Below are positions 54,050-64,000 of a stretch of DNA of 64,000 nt, piece by piece; the stretch's first letter is position 1, and each line of letters starts with the position of its first letter. The notes under the pieces were generated by a model. That model saw only the letters and a list, made by a program, of their open reading frames with translations, did no database searches and was not told where the DNA came from. A program made the position numbers and the translations under genes. This DNA is from Eledone cirrhosa. Lineage: Eukaryota. The stretch is taken from positions 129,890,001 through 129,954,000 of the forward strand of contig OZ024741.1 of the NCBI GenBank assembly GCA_964016885.1, in the 5' to 3' direction.

Positions 54050-54955
54050 GAAGTGGTTGGTGTGGAGTAAATGTTGGGAAACATTCAACACCGACAGCCC
54101 CACAGATGCGACACTAGGTGCCACGCGAACACAGACTCGCGCGCAAGAGATACAAACTCACATACACCCTCAAGTATGAGCCTGGGATGTGTGTGTGTCA
54201 GTGGTTGGCGTGGACGTGCGCACATACTCGTGCATGCATAAAAAAATGTAGGATTTTGAAGGATATGTGTAAGCAGAGGTATATGTGGGTTGGCTGGATT
54301 ATATGGGTTTTGTAAATGCCGGTGTGTATTGTGTGGTGGATGGAATTGTGTGTTTGTATGTGCGTTTCTTTGTTTATGAGAGCAGGGATAAAGGGAGGTT
54401 ACAAAATCTGTGGTGGGTAATTGAGTCCATTTAGAAAAGTAGTTCCAACACGAAACATTAAGTTCTGCTTGGTCCTGTTGCGCCTGCCTGTGAATCAGTA
54501 ATGCAAAATGAGGCCCGAGACAGTGAGGTGTTGAGTAGAGTGGTGAATGAGGTGTTGAGACTGATGTATTTTCCCAATCGTATGTCCCTCAGGTGTTCGG
54601 TGAATTTGTCAGATGTATATGGACCCGCAAAGAGAACACCATAGGTCATAGACCACGTTGATAGACGTGAAAGTGAAGGAGTGGCGAATGCGAAAAGAAT
54701 AGCTTTAACCTTTTAGGGTGGTGGGGTTTGTTATGTAGGGGCGGGAGCAGAGAGCGAGAGCCAGGTGGAGTCATAGGGGACGGTGAAAAGGAACTGTGCT
54801 CAGGGAAGTCACGGAAATTACGGGCGTCCTTAAAGGCTATGAGCGAGAAGTGACGGGATCGGAAATCGATAGAAGAGTGGTAAGGTAGAAACAAGGTGGG
54901 TATTGGGGCGGTTGGTGGATAAAAGGGATGTGGTGCTGTCTGTATCATTGGCGTA
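54050..54955 (-). mobile_element. Old degenerate PLE remnant (Neptune-like GIY-YIG region)
   Basis: Minus-strand peptides AFKDARNFRD and DKFTEHLRDIR resemble the PLE linker and endonuclease motifs. Boundaries are approximate. Confidence 0.5.
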
Positions 54956-54957
54956 TG

Positions 54958-56006
<1,049 letters not shown>

Positions 56007-56017
56007 TATATATATAT

Positions 56018-59000
56018 CGTTTCTGAATTTGTTTAGCAAGATACTTTATCTGAAATCGTGTGTTGAAACCGATATTGTTATACTTTGGGAGGGTCATGTT
56101 GCCAATAAGAAACACACGCACCAGTTGCTTTCACTTCAATTTATTATAATAAATTTATAATAAATTTATAAATTTATAAATTTCTGGTTGGTTGGTTGGT
56201 TCCACAACCAGATAGTTGTTTATAATCCCACGGAACTCAACCTTGCTCTCACTGATCATTTCTACGCATTTCTCCACAGCAAAATCCACGTCAATAGATG
56301 GATACAGGGACACAACATCCATACTGCCTATTATGCAGTTTGTTAGGTCTCCAGATCGGTTACTCACGCCGATTCTGCTGAGGAGGTCCTCCGTGCTGTC
56401 ACATACATATGGGGACATTTCAATGATGGGGCGTATGATCAGGGAGAGGAAGTAGGACAGTCTGTAGTTACTAGCAATGTTAGCTCCACAGACTGGCCGT
56501 GTTGGTGGTCCCGCGACAGGGTCACAGCCCGTTTTATGGTCTTTTCGAAGCCCATACAACGCCGGCACGTCATTGTTCCAGGCCTGGAAGTTGTTGGCAG
56601 TCCTTTTGTTGGGCTGCATTATATTCGTCCACATCACCATATGGGCATTGAGGGCTTTTTCTATATCCTCATGCTCCTGTGGTGTTACCTCTCTTGTGTT
56701 AGTGATGTGGGGTTGCATTGCCAGGCTAACAAGATACTGAAAACCACCATGTTCTGTTGTCTACGAAAAACCATAACATCTCGACAACAACACTTCATAA
56801 AAGAATGTGCCTCATCCCGAGTTTACACCAACACCATCAACACCGACGTTAGAAGATTACAACTCACCAAAAAACAAGCAGATAGGCTAAAACGAACATT
56901 AATTCTAAACATAAAAAAGAAGATCTATAGAGAATTAAGTCATCAAGAAAAACATAAGCGTAACCTAATACAAGAAATAGCTAGGATCACCACACCAAGA
57001 GAGAAACTAATATTTATAAGCCTTATACGCCCTGAAGAACAGTACATTACTCAAGAATGTGATAAGCACTTTAACAAGAAACTAAAGTGGCTTAAGCAGA
57101 TAAAGCTAATTCAGGATACTATAGAGAATACCAATAGATATCCCGACAAAATTGACGGTATAAATATGGCCGACACCTCATTAACAGAAGAGTTCAACAA
57201 CAACAACAACAACACAAATATATATGGTAACACAAGAATAGATGACGATGAGATGTCTGTGTTATGTTTACCCCCGAAATTTGCGACATTCAAGAAGGTA
57301 AATATGATTAGTTGTCTGTCAGAAAGAGAAAAATCATTTACAAAACTACGCTGGAGCCTCAAAAACAAAAACAAAAACAAAAGCAACAATATACGCACAC
57401 ACATATACAACACACATCCCAACAACAACAGACACACAGACACAAACAACAATAACAACAACACACACACCAACAACAATAACAACATACCCAGAAACAA
57501 CAACAACAGACACGCAGACACAAACAACAATAACAACACACACAACAACAATAACACACACGGAGACAACAACAACACACATCAACAACAGCACACATCA
57601 ACAACAACAACACACACACATTCAATGCCTCTCACCACCACCACAATCTTAACAAACACACAGACACAGAAAACAAGTAATGACAGTAGCACAGAAATTA
57701 CAGAAATAAGGGAAAGTAATAGGATTAAAAAGAGAAGGGAGACTAAGGACAAAGAGAATAACCAAGACGAACACACAGACACACAAAATAGGGTAGATAA
57801 CAACAATGAGCCAGTGGAAAGAGACAGGAGTAATTGTGAGAGACATAGAAACAACCATGAGGCTGTTGGTGGAAATAGAAATAGAAACAACACAACTAAC
57901 AATAACAATAGCACTAGTACACATAAAGCAGCAGCGTGGAACTCTACGTTTTATAATCCCTCCGATAAACCATTCGACCTGCGACGAGTCCACGCCACGA
58001 CTTTACCATTTAACAAACGCACGAAATTGCCGTCGCAGGTCAATGAACAAACAGAAGCACAATTTAGTATAGCTAGATCTGAACTTAGAAATATTATAGA
58101 ACAGTATAGCAAGAAGCATAATAGAATGGAGGCCCAGCAACTGGGAGAAAAATCTGCAAATGGCTTGCGTAAGCTCATGCAGCGCTCGCGTAATGGAGAG
58201 ATAGCATGCTTTCCAACAGACAAGTCTGGCAGAATGTCGGTTGACAGCCTGCCAAACTACATCCAGGCAATGCAACCCCACATCACTAACACAAGAGAGG
58301 TAACACCACAGGAGCATGAGGATATAGAAAAAGCCCTCAATGCCCATATGGTGATGTGGACGAATATAATGCAGCCCAACAAAAGGACTGCCAACAACTT
58401 CCAGGCCTGGAACAATGACGTGCCGGCGTTGTATGGGCTTCGAAAAGACCATAAAACGGGCTGTGACCCTGTCGCGGGACCACCAACACGGCCAGTCTGT
58501 GGAGCTAACATTGCTAGTAACTACAGACTGTCCTACTTCCTCTCCCTGATCATACGCCCCATCATTGAAATGTCCCCATATGTATGTGACAGCACGGAGG
58601 ACCTCCTCAGCAGAATCGGCGTGAGTAACCGATCTGGAGACCTAACAAACTGCATAATAGGCAGTATGGATGTTGTGTCCCTGTATCCATCTATTGACGT
58701 GGATTTTGCTGTGGAGAAATGCGTAGAAATGATCAGTGAGAGCAAGGTTGAGTTCCGTGGGATTGATACCAGTGAGCTGGGACTCCTACTTAAGCTTACC
58801 TATAGTAATAATTACCTAGACACATATGACCTTAGTAACCTGTGCCCTACAAGACCAGCAAGAGGCAGACCACCTACCATTACCTCAATGGCCAAGAAAA
58901 CCCACACAGATAGATGGAACGGGTGGACCAGAGCCATACGGACACCCGAAAACCACGATGAACTGAAGAAAATGATTGCACATGCGGTAGGGGCCAGCAT

Positions 59001-60715
59001 AAAACTAACCCTTAAGGAACATATGTTCAAATTTAATGGAAAAACATATGCCCAAGAGGAAGGAGCAGCCATTGGTGTTAGCATTGCAGGCGACATAGCT
59101 AACTTATTTATGGTATGGTGGGACAGTAGACTTAAACTTAAACTTAAAGAACAATTAGAAGACCCCTTAACCCTGATAATGTACTCCCGCTACGTAGATG
59201 ATATAAACATCGTAGTTAAGACACCCCCACTAGATAACAGTCAGGAACTAGAGAAAAACACAATGGAAAGCATCCAGCAAATAGCAAACTCCATCCACCA
59301 GAGCATTAGAGTTACTATAGACTACCCAAGTAAACACCCCAACCATCGATTACCTGTACTAGACACAGAGCTCTGGTTAGATACCATTAACAACAAAAAA
59401 CAAATCCCCCATTCCCATTATGCCAAACCCATGACTTCCAAACATCTGATCCACCGAAACTCGGCCGTTTCGGACCATACCAAAATCAACATACTGATTG
59501 CGGATTTGGTACGGGTGATGAGAAATGTGTCCCGCATGTGCAACCCCGAAGAACTAGAGAGACACATACAACACTTCATCCACCGTATGCAGTTCTCTGG
59601 CTACAATCAGAGAGAGATAAAATCAGAGTGTATAGAGGAGCCAGAACCAAATGGGAAAAAATGGTAAATATTGACATAAATGGGACCTGCCCCTTGTATA
59701 GGAGCAAATTTTGGAATAGAATAGAAAGAATTAGGAACAAGGCTAATAGAATAAACTCATGGTATGATAGCAATAAATACCAGAGTGTAATGTTCATCGA
59801 TACAACCCCTAGAGGTGAATTAGCTTACAAATTTAGAAGGGCCCTAAATAAACATAAACTCAATATTAATATAGTAGAAAGACCAGGTACCTCTGTAAAA
59901 ACACTTATTAGCAAGACATACCCTTTTCAAAGACCCTCATGTATAGATAAGAAATGTATAACCTGTAAAATAAGCCCCCATATTAACTGTAAAACTAGAA
60001 ATGTAGTGTATAGCATAAGATGTACTGAAGGACAATGTAGAGACAAAAATATAGTGTACATAGGTGAGACAGCTCGTAGTGTAGGGGAACGGATAAATGA
60101 ACACTGGCGAGACCTTCAAGATAATAAAGAATCATCTGTACTCTACCAACATGCTAAAATAGAACACAAGGGTAAATTAGAGAACATAGAAATAAAAATA
60201 GAATCTACACACAGAAAAGACGCAATGTTTAGACAAATTACAGAGGCAATAAACATAAAAGAATTACAACCAAAATTAAATAGAAAATATGAGTGGAACA
60301 GCAACATCACAACTTACAATTAAGGACAAAATGAAAACACACACACACATAGAACAAACAACCAACCAGTAACATGTAAATAAACAAATAAATAAATGAA
60401 CACAAACACACACAGACACCCGGATGTGGCGCATGCGCAGACTGAGCACACAACACACACACAGAAACAAAATGGCGTAGGACAGAACAAAGGAGAGGCA
60501 CAGAAACAAAGAAAGGAATCCCCAGTCACTAAGAGGTCACAGAGTGTGTGACGAAAGAACTATGACTATATATAAACAACTATCTGGTTGTGGAACCAAC
60601 CAACCAACCAGAAATTTATAAATTTATAAATTTATTATAAATTTATTATAATAAATTGAAGTGAAAGCAACTGGTGCGTGTGTTTCTTATTGGCAACATG
60701 ACCCTCCCAAAGTAT

Positions 60716-60723
<8 letters not shown>
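56018..60723 (+). mobile_element. Near full-length Penelope-like element with an inverted, internally deleted partner copy
   Basis: Main copy at 56723-60723. 56224-56722 is the reverse complement of 58266-58764; 56072-56224 is the reverse complement of 60571-60723; extension at 56018-56071. (TA)n on both sides. Confidence 0.95.
56723..60323 (+). pseudogene. PLE polyprotein (RT + C-terminal GIY-YIG endonuclease) with one frameshift
   Basis: PTDKSG, LYGLRKDHK, TRPVC, GSMDVVSLYPSI, QEEGAAIG, YSRYVDDI, LPVLD, FSGY. Frameshift in the (AG)n at ~59609-59617. Then CIDKKCITC, CKTRNVVYSIRC, YIGETARSVGERINEH, RQITEA. First ATG of the main copy is at 56749. Confidence 0.92.
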
Positions 60724-60801
<78 letters not shown>

Positions 60802-61173
60802 TGAGAGAGTGAGAGAGAGAGAGTGAGAGAGAGAGAGCGTGTGTTAAAGAGAGAAGGGGAAAAACCAGACAGACAAGGATGGAGTGAGGGGCTACGAGGG
60901 GAAGGGGTTCCTGTTGCCTATCTGTATTTGGGCAATTAGGCTAAAGCTATGAGTATTAAGTGTACATCGGTAAACATTTTTATGTTATATCCTCTAACAT
61001 ACTTTGTAATTCATGAAGTGAATATCTATCTGTCTGTTTGTCTGTTTATCAACCTGTTTATATATCTGTCTGTCTATCTATCCATATGACTCTCGGTTTG
61101 TCTGTTTGTTTCTGTCTGTCTGTCTGTCTATCTGTCTGTCTGTCTGTCTTTCTGTCTGTCTATCTATCTATCT

Positions 61174-63728
61174 CCGTCCCCACTCCGCCAGAAACCACCA
61201 CCCCACCAAACAACCCCTCCAACAGCCCCATGGAAATTGTGCAGCCTGGTCCCCAGGAGACGAAGTGGTGAGTGATTTCTTTTCCTCTTCTTTTAACTTT
61301 TCAGCACCATCATGGCCAATATAAGAATTGGATGTGTGAATGTACGCGGCCTGGGGATGCCTTGGAAACAGGGCAAACTCTTAAACGACCTCAGGTCGCT
61401 CAGTATGGATGTAGTAGCCATTTGTGAGTCCAGGATCAACAGCGAGCGACAACTGGCCCTCATCTTCGACGACTTTGAGATCTACGCATCTCTCTGTCAG
61501 CCGGGAGGTGAGGGTGGGGTTGCCGTTTTGCTGCGGAAACACCTGGACCTCGTAACACAAACGTGGACCCGGAGGGTCGACTGGTGGTTCTAGACGTTGA
61601 CGGTAGTGAAGGTGGAACCTTCAGGCTGGTGGCCGCATATGCCCCATCCGAGACACCGCGGCCAGACTTCTTCAAACGTCTAGAGACTTTTCTGGGAACG
61701 TCCCGCTCCCTGCTGTTAGTGGGGGACTGGAATGGAATCCTAGATGCACGTTGGGGGGTGTAACAGCCTCAAACAGTTAATCGGCCGATAGATATCAACT
61801 AGATTTTCCAACTGTGCCACTGTGGACGTGGACCAACGATAGCGGAACATCTAGATCGTATCTAGATAGGTTTCTAGTTAGAGTTAGTGATAGGGACATG
61901 TTAAACTGTCCACAAATGTTCATGGTTGCCAATTCAGATCACAAACTAGTGACCTGCTTAGTCAACCTTGACAGAACTCATAGACAGGGACCAGGCTACT
62001 GGAAGCTGAACTTGTCGTTACCGACATGCAAAGCCTACAGTAGACGGATTAGCACTTTAGTTAAGCAGCACTTGATGGGAACCATTGTCAACAACAGATG
62101 GTGGTACTCTCTGAAGAGGGCAGTTAGTTAGACTCGATAGGTTTTAGTAAAGAATTAGTGTTAGATAGAAATAAGGCCGAAAAGAAACTGGTAGATAAAG
62201 TAGAAGAGGCACTTAGGAGTGGCAACGTAGCCAGCGTGCTAGCGACGAGAATGGCCTTGGACCAGTTCTTCAACCTGTTCTTCGACCAGTTCTTCGACGC
62301 AAAGCATGAAGGCTGCGTTGTCAGGAGCAAAATACGTGCTCTGGGAAACGAGGGAGCCAAAGCTGTTATCTGGGCTCGAGTGACGGAGGCGAAAAGTGGC
62401 CACAAGTCCACGATTCGGACTTTGAAGGACCAAGACGGACGCGTGATACGTGAGTCGAAGCAGATGTGCACGGCCTTTCAGCGGCACTTTGCTCAACTGT
62501 TCGGACAGGGCGGCGCGCCGGCTGGGGCTATGGATTTCGGTACATACCTCCATGGCCTGCCGCGACTCTCGGACAGCGAGGCGAAGTTCTGCGAAAGGCC
62601 GATATCGGCCGCTGAGATAGGGGACGCGCTGAGCCAATGCGGCAAACGCAAATCTCCAGGTCTCGACGGTCTACCCTACGAATTTTACGTAGCAATGCCG
62701 GACTTGTTCTCCGGTCTCCTGGAAACGGTCTACTGCAACCGGCAGCAGAACGGGAGAATTCCCAGTTCTGTGGACAAGGGCTTAGTCACGTTAGTCAGGA
62801 AGGACGAGAATAAGGGGGATGACATAGGCAACTTCCAGCCCATAACTCTGCTGAACACAGAGTTACAGATTTTGGCAAAGAGGCTGGCGCTTGTCGTCAA
62901 AAACCTGGTGGGAAATCGCAGACATGCGCAATCCCGACCAGGTTCATACACGACAACCTTCACCTCATTCGATACATCATAGAGAGGGTAGGGTGTAAAC
63001 TCGGCTTCGGTGGGGCTCTGACCAACTTGGATCAGTCTAAGGCTTTCCATAGGGTTGACCATCGTTACCTGGATGCGGTGCTCGAGGCGGCAGGCTTCAG
63101 ACCCGTGTTCAGGGGCTGGATTGTTGCAATGCACAGCAGCAACATTTGCTCAAGGGTCAAGGTGAACGGCTTTTGTCGCGGGTGGGACCAATGCAGTTGA
63201 CCACCGAGTCCATTGTCATGAACAAACCGCCACCCTCCTTCAAAAACGAGGGAGAGGCGGTTTTCCTATGTGTTATGGTTATGGTGAAATAGGTTATATG
63301 GTGGACGAGGTTAAAAGGGCTGAGGTCGGACACCTTTCTCTCCGGCGAGCAACTGATTCGTTTTTTCAAATATCATTTTGGAAGAAGAATCAAGATGGAG
63401 AGAGAAGTGCTGTACCCCAGCAAATTTTATAAAAGGTGGGTGAATGTGGCAAAGATGGCCCGAGTGGTTGGGCCTTCTCTCTATATAAGCTTGAAGGTTG
63501 AGGAAAAAGAGGAAGAGAGGAAGGGAGTACTCACTCTTGGTGCTCCTGGAGATGAGGGTTGTACATTTTTTCGGGATGTGTACAACCCCTGTGTAACCAC
63601 TCATCCCTATTGGGGATCACAATTGTTATTTGTTATTTTATTAATAGTTTTATTTTCTTATACCTGTATGTAAACTCCCCATTTGTATTTGTCCCCTTCT
63701 TTTGTCCCCTTGTGGCTAATACAAAAAT

Positions 63729-63729
<1 letters not shown>
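61174..63729 (+). mobile_element. 5'-truncated, internally deleted Tx1-clade LINE in (TATC)n
   Basis: ORF1 C-terminus (PMEIVQPG), ORF2 start MANIRIGCVNVRGL, EN and partial RT with frameshifts, a ~1.2-kb deletion at ~63170, then the C-terminus and 3'UTR ending in (TATC)n. Confidence 0.95.
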
Positions 63730-63782
<53 letters not shown>

Positions 63783-63944
63783 GTCTGCCTCTCTCTCTAT
63801 ATATATCCCTGTCTATTTGTCAGTCGGTCCCTGTTTCCTTCTCACTCTCTCTCCCCCCTCTCTCTCTTTCTCTCTCTTTATATATATATATATATCTATA
63901 TATATATCTATATCTATATATATATATATCTATCTATATATATA

Positions 63945-64000
<56 letters not shown>

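Noticed and set aside
56536-56722. N-terminal 62 aa of the 1043-aa ORF
   Set aside because: Antisense read-through of the inverted RT segment; not part of the PLE protein.
56723-60323. Selenocysteine readthrough as reported for some Naiad PLEs
   Set aside because: No in-frame TGA interrupts the coding segments; the only break is a frameshift in an (AG)n run.

Overview
Eukaryotic, repeat-saturated animal DNA. The SINE families and the very high (TA)n/(CA)n/(TATC)n load resemble a coleoid cephalopod such as Octopus; this is an inference, not verified. No clear host gene is visible. Contents: (1) a ~9 kb (GTG/GAT) minisatellite with a 3,877-bp higher-order period, whose minus strand is entered by an ORF with a signal-peptide-like N-terminus; (2) a full-length Tx1/L1-clade LINE (ORF1 plus intact EN-RT ORF2) and three truncated relatives, all embedded in (TATC)n on both sides; (3) a near full-length Penelope-like element (PLE; RT plus C-terminal GIY-YIG) with an inverted, internally deleted partner copy, plus many PLE remnants and foldback termini carrying minimal hammerhead ribozyme motifs; (4) RTE, CR1-like and mariner fragments and tRNA-derived SINEs. 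The most unusual signals are the (TATC)n specificity of the Tx1 family, recurrent inverted duplications of flanking DNA centred on (TA)n tracts (the largest and youngest abuts the PLE), and a PLE template-jump junction 8 nt from the predicted hammerhead cleavage site. All alignments were made by eye, so boundaries of old remnants are approximate. Most ORFs in the supplied track are microsatellite or antisense artefacts.
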